Source of the DNA: a virus
Taxonomy: Duplodnaviria > Caudoviricetes
DNA: 24,881 nucleotides
IMG/VR virus record: IMGVR_UViG_3300046710_000056
Span: 1-24,881 of that record
Direction: 5' to 3' (one strand)
Shown here: positions 8,201-15,317 of the stretch, in pieces
How positions within the stretch are numbered: the first letter of the stretch is position 1
Layout of the letters: each line of letters opens with the position of its first letter
The notes under the pieces: generated by a model
What the model saw: only the letters and a program-made list of their open reading frames with translations
What the model was told of the DNA's origin: nothing
Database searches by the model: none
Made by a program: the position numbers and the translations under genes

Positions 8201-9596
8201 CGATGAGCTTGGATGCCTGCTCGACAGGAAGATCCACCGTAAGCCCAGTATCGAGCTCCAACGTCGCAGAACCATCTGCGGCCATACGCTTGACGGTGGC
8301 CGGCGTTCCATTGAAGTCGACGACTGCGCCCTTGGTAACGGGGACCACGAGGGCCTCTGCGCCGGGGGCTCCGACAACATTGCCGAAGTCGTCAGTGACT
8401 TGCGTGTTCGCGGCGTTGGGCGCGAGCGGGTCGATGTTCGTCATCTGCTCCTGCGTGCGCGGACCCTGCTGTTGCTGGTAGAATCGATCCTTGAACTGCC
8501 CGATCTGGTTGGCGAATGCGCCATCCAGCAGGCTGCCGACCTCGACCGGCTGCCCCGCGTTGGCGGCTTCCAGCGCAGTCATGCGCCAGTCCTGCACCTG
8601 CGATGCCCACTCGTGCTCTGCCATGCCTGGGGGCGGCGAGTTGTCCAGCAGCGTGCCCAGCCGATTGACCGCGTTCGCACGCCCCTCGAAGTCCCCTGAT
8701 GTGTTGGGGTTGGTGAGCGTGGCGACATCCTGCTTGATCTGGCCCGCTTGGCGATACGCCGCATGCACCCCGAACGGAGCGAGCAGCGTGGTCAGCCCGA
8801 ACGTCGGCGCGACCGCAGCCATGCCGGCGGCGATCGGGTCGGCTTCCTTGACCCCGTACGACTTTTCGACCTGGGCCTCGCCAGCGTTCTGCGCAACCTC
8901 AGTACCCGTTTCGACTGCGAGCGTCTTGGCGTAGCTGCCAAGGAATGGGCGCAGAATGCCCGGCTTGGCCATGCCCTTCAGCGACTGGTCGAGGGTGCTT
9001 CCTACCACCGCTCGCCCGGCGGTCGTGGCGAACTTCGCGCCGACGGCTGACGCGATGCCCTCGCCGACACCTTCGATGCCGCCTGAAATCACACCGGCTT
9101 TGAATGCGTCGTCGTCCGACGCCCCGGAGTTCTTGACGTTCTCATATGTCTCTTGGAACTGCGATGCGCCGAAGAGCGCGCCAGATGTAAGTGCGCCCGC
9201 GCCAAGCACGACTGCTGCCGGCGCGCCAGCTACCGCAAGAGGAGCCGCCGCAACCATACCCGCGACAGACGGCGCGAGCATCTCGCCGCCCGAGGCGAGC
9301 GCATTGGTCAGCCATGAGTGCTGGCTAGGATCGAGCTGATTCTCGGGGAGCGCCCCACGCTCATTGGCGTTGGCCTGCATTTGTGCGCCGTAATCGTACA
9401 ACGCATCGCCAGGGCGACCTGTAGCCTTGAGCCCCTTACCGACCATTTCGGGGAGCACTTGAACGGCCCCCCGCTTGATGCCGGTAGCGACTTCGCCTAT
9501 GGCCCCTCGACTGGGGGCGGGCATGCCAGCTGCCGACGTAAATGGGTTGCCGTTTTCATCAACATACCCACGTACTGGGTCGAATACATAGGCCAT
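2205..9596 (-). CDS. Giant internal virion/ejection protein, polyvalent-protein-like, with zincin HExxH motif
   Basis: 2463-aa ORF: Gly/Ala-rich hydrophobic N-terminus, A/K/E-rich coiled coil, HETVH (5811-5825) with downstream EFLAE (5631-5645), YQFINRPGKY resembling the PLxRFG motif, and a helical C-terminal region typical of podophage large ejection proteins. Confidence 0.75.
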   Translation of the reverse strand: MAYVFDPVRGYVDENGNPFTSAAGMPAPSRGAIGEVATGIKRGAVQVLPEMVGKGLKATGRPGDALYDYGAQMQANANERGALPENQLDPSQHSWLTNALASGGEMLAPSVAGMVAAAPLAVAGAPAAVVLGAGALTSGALFGASQFQETYENVKNSGASDDDAFKAGVISGGIEGVGEGIASAVGAKFATTAGRAVVGSTLDQSLKGMAKPGILRPFLGSYAKTLAVETGTEVAQNAGEAQVEKSYGVKEADPIAAGMAAVAPTFGLTTLLAPFGVHAAYRQAGQIKQDVATLTNPNTSGDFEGRANAVNRLGTLLDNSPPPGMAEHEWASQVQDWRMTALEAANAGQPVEVGSLLDGAFANQIGQFKDRFYQQQQGPRTQEQMTNIDPLAPNAANTQVTDDFGNVVGAPGAEALVVPVTKGAVVDFNGTPATVKRMAADGSATLELDTGLTVDLPVEQASKLIVATPSALPAAATSAHPSGVAAGDSITTPHGTGIASIAGNMVKVRMEDGTTFGYDKSHYDKLSSKDPVVQARLDAIQDGTTAVDTKKTAKKATTSAAQPTTTGGQNGQGQKTTEVLSHADAIKTIAKAQGVNAQSAGAAAKKLTEYLAKVPADQHAAEAQKFATLYTEAPGATEAQAKVLQAYATQLQGAQNGQAPNVSQGTESQPAAGQAGSTVPSSSEGSGQGNDAAESLLGNRPVREKGKPVRQKVTAEQDAKDDRTALLSGDPAALRARAAYHTDAGGSAGTTPASKKAAAQHLLKAFALTKEAASRESMAASAAEEATKAKEAQRNAAALAAQQAEIAKTAEAVKAQTETKEQRAAAKADEETARRQAERAKRNPGVKATVAAMEAEKATKTLQAPLAKPAKGVAEVLKGAGIPASDEAAKEAVDETKAASKAAVKDLQQATKERVAAVRQREQAQVALNAFNKRNDATPEQLADAADAVVKAKEAEQVAVKAEAQARTQRDESRAGYVDAKEAATERKNRVREGRESAGQDGFFGFELFDYDEKAPHASGHNLLWVNSVLDAMHASTTEGERATEAKQALDYLKAWYGDSVLELAETRMQQIEKTLGLQRNMRETIAVQMKNLQNQMAYEHKMELLEDLKNSAPSAADIRGFKMSKRESTKLADDYAAALEKVLGSDGDTLDNLSAAARAYTAPRIQAALVDANGRKSLEQVLQVAGMATSNPALKKLVPMLRAMGVSGIGVKYEDRLVESGLPSADGTFSYKRGNFNSSTNELTIYQGGENAHVIAHETVHGLTVNALRRAEAITGTLATAEELRLVAALHDLKALYGFLENNPALQGEYAFKNHAEFLAEALSNPSLQEKLRTIAVPQGLMEGQKSWFQSLYDAFAETIKNFLGLSGDARNALAAAIDASTPFLGPNTTVTAPRLMAQSKALSAQRRAEASHDMIALSPSSALAAPGKAVTALTSAADRWVEKVDFSNAKAKVREAALYVSSTKHIQRMVENSPILKTLHQPIGAWFTADQAKTRVIEHVTAYLHKHLNAVEAALNKTGDFAKLNAKMDFIAREQSMIADQTPVAIDPAKDFAGNKAAYPALKDELKERIDGLNRDYTKMAQTHPELTKLIGQGFLVNRKAYVQNTASLLLSALQQHKMSPSSTSYAAEAVLNKFGKLLDIDVVDTSHKLVDSAKFMDARTEELDTAIRDAFAMVDTKFGGDDMQKSLGVIHSAFKRAVDKPYQFINRPGKYFAGFDVTDTSAATVAKINKALDPYGVQIGGFPGNSKHVYLHLESPNEMQAAIAAVKGLGAIIDQKSVNGGLKSDAGKMENAFGASQAISKLRDLMVSKYDDLRQRGGTNPQLRLAYDQAVAMVNESLVDMLEADSARTTMTRRAGTPGSDSNYRQTFAKRSEYYVSLISNQYAKPKFDEAFRQMSEAINKQQETNPMAAVRGQEVADELAIRHANAMHPVDSPIIDAMKAFGYHFYLSMSPAFVMVNLVQPYHLTLPLLGGRFGFVKSGMAMMNATHLASKILYSSIKNGWAEGGLMGVVNAELDLSKAGLSKSQIGFVQEMIKSGTVDFTQAHEIGRMADGKNRGMANAAKAIGVLTHYSEVMNRLTAGLAAFNLATEMPTAKRTAYAIDAVNQTQFLYSDHNTARVLGRHGFAGKVTPLAASFQNYSFQMMEHYIRLADQGFIRKLGTVEEQKAARKAMYGTLGATTLLAGTMGLPFASVISAALNAVSGDDDKEDVRSQYRTWVASVFGKDMGEIIAKGAPRAAGFDMSARAGHQDLLPGSRFLADRRAFQDKIKDGSMSMMGPAINAAVDVLGGMQHFAEGDMVKGFETMLPAALKGYYKAAQLASSGSFTNAKGNELPMPVDNWDILEQSLGFTPSKKAEQSEANFYYQSATNLTKQAKAQLVNQAVKAYEGGQMDDFGQAMQTITEYNYRIPTSPITDVAEKLVGRARGRAFAAATGTGIIDPNVKHLPRISEYSWANTGIRP

Positions 9597-9598
9597 TT

Positions 9599-11029
9599 TT
9601 ATCCCTTTTTAGGTGCGCCTTTGCTGGCCGCCATCATCGCTGCGTTGTACTCTTGGGGCTCGCCATTCGGTCCTGTGCGGTAGTACGTCCCTGGCATTGT
9701 AGTACTCGGCTTCCATCCTTGCTGAACAAGCGCAGCGTGCTCGGCCTGGGCCTTCGCGGCAACCTTGGCCGATTCAAGGTGTGTCTTGTTGGTCGCCGCG
9801 TTGTTCGCCGCCGAAGTCTGGTTGGTCAGCGCGTTGGTGGCGAGCTGAGTCTGCGCCGACAGCGCCGTGTTCGCCGCCGAAGTATCCGCAGCGATGCGAT
9901 GCCCTTCTGCCTGCACCTGCTGGCCGCTCCGTGCGGTATCGGCACTGGTGCGTTGTCCTTGGGTGGCCACATCCGCTTGGGTCTGTTGCCCTTGCAGCTG
10001 CACCTGATGGCCCTCGCGCGCGGTCGCCGCGCCAATGTCCTGGCCTCGAAGCATGCCTTGATTCTGCCGGCGGGCGTTCTTCTCCTGCTGCTGCATCTGG
10101 GCCATGGCGATCTGCGCCTGCATCTGCGCCGGGGTACCCATGGGCTGCGAGGGGCGGTTCATGATGGACGAGTCCGCCACGTCCGCTTCCCACTTCGACT
10201 GGCTGTCTTCCATCGCCTTCCGGCTCGCCATGTCGCCCGCGAGCGACTGCTGGTCACGCTGGGCCAGCTGGGCCTGCTCGCCGCGCTGGGCCTCCAGCTG
10301 GGCCTTCAGCTCGGTGGTGCGCGTAGTCCCGTTCCCGTTCGAGTCGACCGGACCTGTGGGTGCCCCGCCGATGACCGCGCCCGCATACCCGCCCTTGCCA
10401 CCGGGCGCGCCTGTAGGCCCCGTCGCGGGGATCGCATATTCTTTGCCCCCCATCGTAACGGTGCCGATCGTCGGGCTCGTCGGAGCCGGCGCGCCAGCCG
10501 TGGGGAGCGCATCTGTGCCAGGGGTGGACATGGCCGGTGCAAGCGCGGGGAGCCCTGGAGCTACTCCCGGCGCGAGCGGAACCGTCGTAGCAGCTGCTGG
10601 CGCAGGCGCGGGGGCAGGAGTAGGAGCCGGTGCGGCGGCAACGCCAGGAGCGGGCGCGCCCGATACCGGCATACCCAGCGCAGGGCGGTTCGGGAGTTCA
10701 TCAGGGGTGCGCTCACGCATGTAGTCGTTGCCGCCGATCGCCGTCCCGAGGGTGTCCATAAGACGCCCCATGACACGGCTTCCGTACGAGCCGGGGAGCG
10801 ATGCACCGGGCTGCTGCGGGTCGCCGGGATCGGTCAGCGGGATCTGCTTGTCGGGGTTCGTGTTCGCAGCCGCGGTGGCTGCCTGGAGAACGGGGTGGGC
10901 CGCCATGGGGGCGGATGCAGGCGTGACGCTGGGCTCTGCTGCCCCCGTGATCGAGGACGCGCCACCAGCGCCTGATGGCATGCCCTTTACCTGCTTGTTC
11001 CCTGCGAGAAGCTCGTCATAGAGTGCCAT
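9599..11029 (-). CDS. Putative internal virion (DNA ejection) protein
   Basis: 476 aa with strong RBS (AGGAG), Pro/Ala/Gly-rich low-complexity N-half and Gln/Ala coiled coil with RGQDI/QGQ repeats. It is adjacent to the giant protein. Confidence 0.65.
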   Translation of the reverse strand: MALYDELLAGNKQVKGMPSGAGGASSITGAAEPSVTPASAPMAAHPVLQAATAAANTNPDKQIPLTDPGDPQQPGASLPGSYGSRVMGRLMDTLGTAIGGNDYMRERTPDELPNRPALGMPVSGAPAPGVAAAPAPTPAPAPAPAAATTVPLAPGVAPGLPALAPAMSTPGTDALPTAGAPAPTSPTIGTVTMGGKEYAIPATGPTGAPGGKGGYAGAVIGGAPTGPVDSNGNGTTRTTELKAQLEAQRGEQAQLAQRDQQSLAGDMASRKAMEDSQSKWEADVADSSIMNRPSQPMGTPAQMQAQIAMAQMQQQEKNARRQNQGMLRGQDIGAATAREGHQVQLQGQQTQADVATQGQRTSADTARSGQQVQAEGHRIAADTSAANTALSAQTQLATNALTNQTSAANNAATNKTHLESAKVAAKAQAEHAALVQQGWKPSTTMPGTYYRTGPNGEPQEYNAAMMAASKGAPKKG

Positions 11030-11069
11030 GTGAATCTCCTATCCAATTCGTGAGATTCTACACCGATAC

Positions 11070-11789
11070 TCACGAGCGGCCGAAGCCTGCTTTTCCGAAT
11101 CCCCACGTCAGCGGCTGGAACATGGTGCGGCGTACCGCCTTCTTGCCGCGGTCGATATACTCCGCGAACTTGTCCTTCTGGACCTTGGCTTTGGCAGCAT
11201 CACCGCCGTCCGAATCCTGATCGGTGTAGGCAATTGCAGCCGCCCCATGGGTGAGGCCCAGCACGAGGTTCCGTGGGAGCTCAATCTCGTCCCCCAGATT
11301 GTCCAGCGAGAGCTGTACCAGCGGAAGCCTCGCGATGCGCATGCGGATGACCATGCCCTCTTCGGCGACAGTCGGTGTCGGATAGACCGTGATGATCCGA
11401 AGACTATCATTGGTCGTGAACGCACGCGGCTCGCCGGCCTGGAGATACGTTGAGTTGATCGTCTCCAACCACGCCAGGGAGTCCCCCGGCGAGTCCTCGG
11501 AGTTCAGCTCGTTGTCGCCGAACCGCTTCAGATTATTGGAAGTCCCCTCGATCTTCGCCGACATGATGGCCAGCACTTCCTCACCGAAGGGGTATTGCGT
11601 TTCCCCCGCAGTGAGTGTGAACGACGCCGAGTCTGAAGTGGAGTCCCGCAGAATGAGAGTTGCCTCTGCGAAGTCCATATACGCTTGATTCAGCAGCTGG
11701 ACCAAGCGTCGGTCTGACCACATATAGGGGGCATTCGTATCCTTCAGAATGTCCTCCCGCAGCGTATCCAGGAGCTCGTTGCCGTCCAT
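11070..11789 (-). CDS. Head-to-tail adaptor/connector (DUF6682-like)
   Basis: 239 aa with 'LKDTNAPYMWSDRRLVQLLNQA', 'LTAGETQYP', 'VYPTP' and 'AYTDQDSD' patterns typical of podophage adaptors. Located downstream of the capsid genes. Confidence 0.7.
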   Translation of the reverse strand: MDGNELLDTLREDILKDTNAPYMWSDRRLVQLLNQAYMDFAEATLILRDSTSDSASFTLTAGETQYPFGEEVLAIMSAKIEGTSNNLKRFGDNELNSEDSPGDSLAWLETINSTYLQAGEPRAFTTNDSLRIITVYPTPTVAEEGMVIRMRIARLPLVQLSLDNLGDEIELPRNLVLGLTHGAAAIAYTDQDSDGGDAAKAKVQKDKFAEYIDRGKKAVRRTMFQPLTWGFGKAGFGRS

Positions 11790-11792
11790 GGC

Positions 11793-12302
11793 TTACAGGC
11801 TGTCAGAGACGATACGATAGGGGAAGCGCAGCCGGTTTTTGTAGTCGATGACGTTGCCCTGCTGGTCGGTCTTGGGGACCGCCGTGACGGCGTCGTTGAG
11901 CGCATGGACGACTTCTTCAGGGACCGGGACTTCTTCGCCGGGCCGAAGCAGATACGACCGCCCGTTGACCCCGATGAACAGGCCCGTCGGCGGAATGTCG
12001 TCGTTTTCTTCGAGGATAATGGTGATGCGCTTGGTCGTGACCAGGGGGGCCACACCGCGGGCTTCAGCGGCAATCGCGTCGGCACGTGCGTCTTCGGCTA
12101 CGTCGGCGGCTGCGCCGGCAAGCGCCGCAGCGACCGCAGCGGCTACCGCTTCGTCGATTCGAGACTGGACACCCGCTTCTGCTACCGCAGCGTCCTGCGC
12201 TGCGGCGTCGGCATCTTCTGCATTGGCTGCGGGGTTCTGCGCGGGGTCGAGCCCAGCGACAGCAGCGGTGTGTTCCACTTTGATTCCGGGGGTTTTGGCC
12301 AT
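11793..12302 (-). CDS. Conserved hypothetical head-module protein
   Basis: Start reassigned to ATG 12302 (RBS AAGGAG; 169 aa). Ala-rich N-terminus; the C-terminal 'IGVNGRSYLLRPGEEVPVPEEVVHAL...RFPY' motif is commonly seen next to N4-gp56-type capsid genes. Confidence 0.7.
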   Translation of the reverse strand: MAKTPGIKVEHTAAVAGLDPAQNPAANAEDADAAAQDAAVAEAGVQSRIDEAVAAAVAAALAGAAADVAEDARADAIAAEARGVAPLVTTKRITIILEENDDIPPTGLFIGVNGRSYLLRPGEEVPVPEEVVHALNDAVTAVPKTDQQGNVIDYKNRLRFPYRIVSDSL

Positions 12303-12303
12303 G

Positions 12304-12549
12304 CTATTTCTCCTTGAACGCTTCGTTGGCTGCTTCAGCGAAATCTTCTTCCGACGACTTCGGCAGGGACTCAATGTGCTTCGTGATGAATCCTATCACT
12401 TCTTTGCTCGTGGAGAAAGCATATTCCTTCCACGGCGACGAGTATGAGCAGTTCTTTGACTTCCTGTTGGCCGCCTCGATCTTGTCGTCGAACACCTTGA
12501 CCTCGAAGCCATTCTCCAGCTTTTCAATCCGTAGCACGTCTTCGCTCAT
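12304..12549 (-). CDS. Hypothetical protein
   Basis: ATG 12549 preceded by AGGAG; 81 aa (MSEDVLRIEKLENGFEV...); fills the gap in the operon. Confidence 0.7.
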   Translation of the reverse strand: MSEDVLRIEKLENGFEVKVFDDKIEAANRKSKNCSYSSPWKEYAFSTSKEVIGFITKHIESLPKSSEEDFAEAANEAFKEK

Positions 12550-12591
12550 GGGTACTCCTACGCAGATTGGTGAATTGCTCATGGTGTAAGT

Positions 12592-12612
12592 AAGGGGGCA
12601 CGTGACCCCCTT
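12592..12612 (-). terminator. Stem-loop after the putative minor capsid gene (weak terminator or mRNA stabiliser)
   Basis: Minus strand AAGGGGG-TCACGTG-CCCCCTT followed by ACTTAC, a poor U-tract. Confidence 0.5.
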
Positions 12613-12630
12613 TCCTTGGTTTTGCGTCGA

Positions 12631-12960
12631 TTAGCCTTCGGCGATGACGACAAACGACTTGCTCGCCACCATCAATGCGGCCTTGACGGTAACTGTGCCG
12701 TCCGCGTTGACCACGATGGAACTGGACGTACCAAGAGCAGTTACGCCCGTGGCGATGGTGTCCAGCGTGTTGGTCGCCGGAATACCTTCCCAGACCTCGG
12801 ATTGCAGCCGGTCGGTGAGGTTCACGAATCGAACCATGCGGGGCTTGAACCCGAAGTTGAAAACGGTGTCCGCCGCGGCGACTGCGTCGGTCGTGAACGC
12901 CAGGATCGTCGCGTTGGTGACGCCCTGGGAGTTGGTGACATTCTGAGTTGCGATACCCAT
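12631..12960 (-). CDS. Putative minor capsid/decoration protein
   Basis: 109 aa, Thr/Val/Ala-rich beta-type sequence with 'GFKPRMVRFVN', strong RBS AAGGAG, immediately after the major capsid gene. Confidence 0.6.
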   Translation of the reverse strand: MGIATQNVTNSQGVTNATILAFTTDAVAAADTVFNFGFKPRMVRFVNLTDRLQSEVWEGIPATNTLDTIATGVTALGTSSSIVVNADGTVTVKAALMVASKSFVVIAEG

Positions 12961-12987
12961 GATATTGCTCCTTGAAAGTTTCGGAAC

Positions 12988-13005
12988 AGGGGGCCGAAGC
13001 CCCCT
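12988..13005 (-). terminator. UUCG-tetraloop hairpin after the major capsid gene
   Basis: Minus strand AGGGGGC-TTCG-GCCCCCT followed by GTTCCG, with no U-run; probably leaky or stabilising. Confidence 0.55.
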
Positions 13006-13021
13006 ACTCGCCCGCCGTTAC

Positions 13022-14071
13022 TTAGGCGGTGGCGCAGACCTCGGCACGGATGAGGAAGGCATCCTGAAGGATGACCGCCGCTTGGTAGGCTTTCCAGCCG
13101 ACCGTGCCGCGCTGACCCAACGGGTCGCCAGGGGCCGGTTTCGGATTGACGACCATCGGGGTGATCGAATCCTTGCCCTTGAGCGGAACGATACCGAACG
13201 CATCGCGCGCGAGGTAGATGATCGGATACACGTCCCAGTTGGTGCCGGTGGTCGAGCGGTAGGTGCCGGTGCCCGCCGCGCCCGCATCGGCCCACGGTGC
13301 GAAGATCGTGGAACTGAGGTAGCGCACGCCTTCGACGGAGCCGATCTCGTTTTCCCACGGAGTCACCGTGCCGTACTGCTTGGTGTGAATGAAGCCGGCC
13401 ATCTGGCGAACATCGGTTTCGAGGTCCGGGTGGCACAAGCCAACATACGCGGCCTCGATCGGCTCCGTGCGGTAGTTCGCGTTGGACGACACCACCTTCG
13501 TGAACCGGCGAGCGTTCTGGCGGTTGAGCGCCGTGGTGATCGAGCGCTGGACGCCGAGCGTCATGGGGCCATTGACCAGATTGCGCACACCGACCGTTGC
13601 GCCCGCGGCACCGAGACGGAACACGTTGGTGCCGGCCTTGATGACGTTGAAGCGGATGGTTTCGAGCGTATAGGCAGCCTGCTCACCGAGGATGTCGACG
13701 GCTTCGCTGAGAACCTGATCTTCGTGGGTGTCCATGACCACATCGGTGATCGTGACGTAGTCGCCGTACTGGGCCAAAGTGACCGTGTAGTCGACGTTCA
13801 TCAACTTGTTACCCGCCGGGGTAACGCCTTCGATCAGCGGGGTGAGCGCCAGGGGCACGTAGAAGTTGCCCGATCCCGAGCCGGCTGCACCGGTCGCGCC
13901 CGAGAGGAAGTAACGACGCCATTTCGCGGACTTGGTGGCGTTCTGAGGGATCGGCTGCGACTGACCGAACTTCTCGATCATCAGCACGGGAGCCGCACGG
14001 TCAAGCAGCTGCTTGACAACGAAGGCGGCGGTACGCGGCGAGATGTCGCCATAAGAGACGGCGTTAGCCAT
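13022..14071 (-). CDS. Major capsid protein, N4-gp56 family
   Basis: 349 aa with 'YGDISPRTA', 'KFGQSQPIP', 'EGVTP', 'LAQYG', 'HPDLETD', 'EIGSVEGVR' and 'DPLGQRGTVGWK' motifs; RBS AAGGAG. Confidence 0.92.
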   Translation of the reverse strand: MANAVSYGDISPRTAAFVVKQLLDRAAPVLMIEKFGQSQPIPQNATKSAKWRRYFLSGATGAAGSGSGNFYVPLALTPLIEGVTPAGNKLMNVDYTVTLAQYGDYVTITDVVMDTHEDQVLSEAVDILGEQAAYTLETIRFNVIKAGTNVFRLGAAGATVGVRNLVNGPMTLGVQRSITTALNRQNARRFTKVVSSNANYRTEPIEAAYVGLCHPDLETDVRQMAGFIHTKQYGTVTPWENEIGSVEGVRYLSSTIFAPWADAGAAGTGTYRSTTGTNWDVYPIIYLARDAFGIVPLKGKDSITPMVVNPKPAPGDPLGQRGTVGWKAYQAAVILQDAFLIRAEVCATA

Positions 14072-14101
14072 GGTGTTTCTCCTTGAGGGTCAAAAAAGGG
14101 G

Positions 14102-14302
14102 CTACTTGATGGTCGAGATGACGACCGGAGTGGCGACAAGCGCGGTGTAATTGGTGTCCGTCACGCCCGCATCCGCGTCGAGCTTTGCGGTTAGAACACC
14201 AATCGTTGCACGCAGCGCCGCAAGGTCATCAGCGATTGCCGACAAGAGCCGTTTCTCCACGAGGGAGATCTGTTCTGCCGAAATCTTGATTTGTTGAGCC
14301 AT
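14102..14302 (-). CDS. Small hypothetical head-associated protein
   Basis: 66 aa with RBS AGGAG, located between scaffold and capsid genes; contains 'LTAKLDADAGVTDTNY'. Confidence 0.7.
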   Translation of the reverse strand: MAQQIKISAEQISLVEKRLLSAIADDLAALRATIGVLTAKLDADAGVTDTNYTALVATPVVISTIK

Positions 14303-14321
14303 TACGCTCTCCTAGTTGCGT

Positions 14322-15308
14322 TTATTTACTGGCGGTCGCTTCAGCCCAGGCCCCCTCATAATCGAGTGGGTCTTGTACTGCAACTGCCCCGCCGCGCTTT
14401 GCGCCTACCACCCCAATTGCCTGAGCCGCTTTTTTGGCTGCATCAGAGAGTTCGGCCTTAACCTGAGTCTTGGGGGCCACCTTGGCTGCGGCTGCGGCGG
14501 GTGTTACCGTCGTTGCTGCCGCCTGAGCGGTCCACTTCGTCTCGTCTTTGAACTTCTGCATCATTTCCGCGACTTCCTGAGAAGTCCCGTCTTTCACGAT
14601 TCGTTCGTACGTTCCCTTGAGGAATGCTGGCTGTTTCCCAATCCACTCCATGCACGGATCATACGCTTGATCGTAGTCTGGATGTGCTGAGTATATTGCA
14701 CCAACGTGGTCATTACCAGTGAGAACTCCAACCGACTGTTGAAGAGGGGTCAAAATCTTGCCCATTTCGGCGAACGTGTAGTTGACCATGTTCACTTCCA
14801 CCTGCCGAGACATCAGCTCGAACAGCCGCTTGAGCTCGGGCCAATCCTTCTGGAGCGTCTCCAGCTCGGCCGCTTCCGCCGTGCTGTAGATCGGGATCTC
14901 CTTGGCCTCGGTGGCCTTCGGCTCTGCGGCGGCCGGCGCAGTTTTCATCGCCTCGATCTGCGCAGTCAGCGCGGCAATCTGCGCCGCGTAGTCGACTACC
15001 GGAGTTTTACCGCCCTTGTCACCGCTATCAGCATCGTCGTCTCCACCAGCGGATTGTCCCTTACCATCCGCAGGAGTGGCGTCTCCTCCCGCCGCCGTAG
15101 ATTCGCCTGGATCACCAGCCCCATTGCCCGGCTCACCGGATTGTTTATCATCGTCCGCAGCGACTGCTGCACCGTCTGGCGTTTGCTTGTCGGAAGTTTC
15201 ATTGCCGGTGTCCCCTTTCATGATGGCGTCGAATACGGCGTCAAAGTCGTTGGAAAGATCAGTTTCAGTTGCTGCAACCGTTGTAGCGGCTTGAGTTACG
15301 GGGTCCAT
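14322..15308 (-). CDS. Capsid scaffolding protein
   Basis: 328 aa with an acidic, disordered N-terminus, helical middle and short C-terminal helix (DYEGAWAEA). Positioned between portal and capsid. Confidence 0.75.
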   Translation of the reverse strand: MDPVTQAATTVAATETDLSNDFDAVFDAIMKGDTGNETSDKQTPDGAAVAADDDKQSGEPGNGAGDPGESTAAGGDATPADGKGQSAGGDDDADSGDKGGKTPVVDYAAQIAALTAQIEAMKTAPAAAEPKATEAKEIPIYSTAEAAELETLQKDWPELKRLFELMSRQVEVNMVNYTFAEMGKILTPLQQSVGVLTGNDHVGAIYSAHPDYDQAYDPCMEWIGKQPAFLKGTYERIVKDGTSQEVAEMMQKFKDETKWTAQAAATTVTPAAAAAKVAPKTQVKAELSDAAKKAAQAIGVVGAKRGGAVAVQDPLDYEGAWAEATASK

Positions 15309-15317
15309 GGCAGTTCC

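Noticed and set aside
12822-13436. Alternative-frame ORF spanning the capsid stop (possible frameshifted capsid extension)
   Set aside because: I saw no slippery heptamer near the capsid 3' end, the translation looks non-protein-like, and the next gene has its own strong RBS.
13808-13825. GTTACCC-GCCG-GGGTAAC dyad in the capsid gene sharing half-sites with the 17-bp palindrome
   Set aside because: The half-sites are in the opposite arrangement and the sequence encodes the conserved GVTPAGN peptide, so it is probably coincidental.
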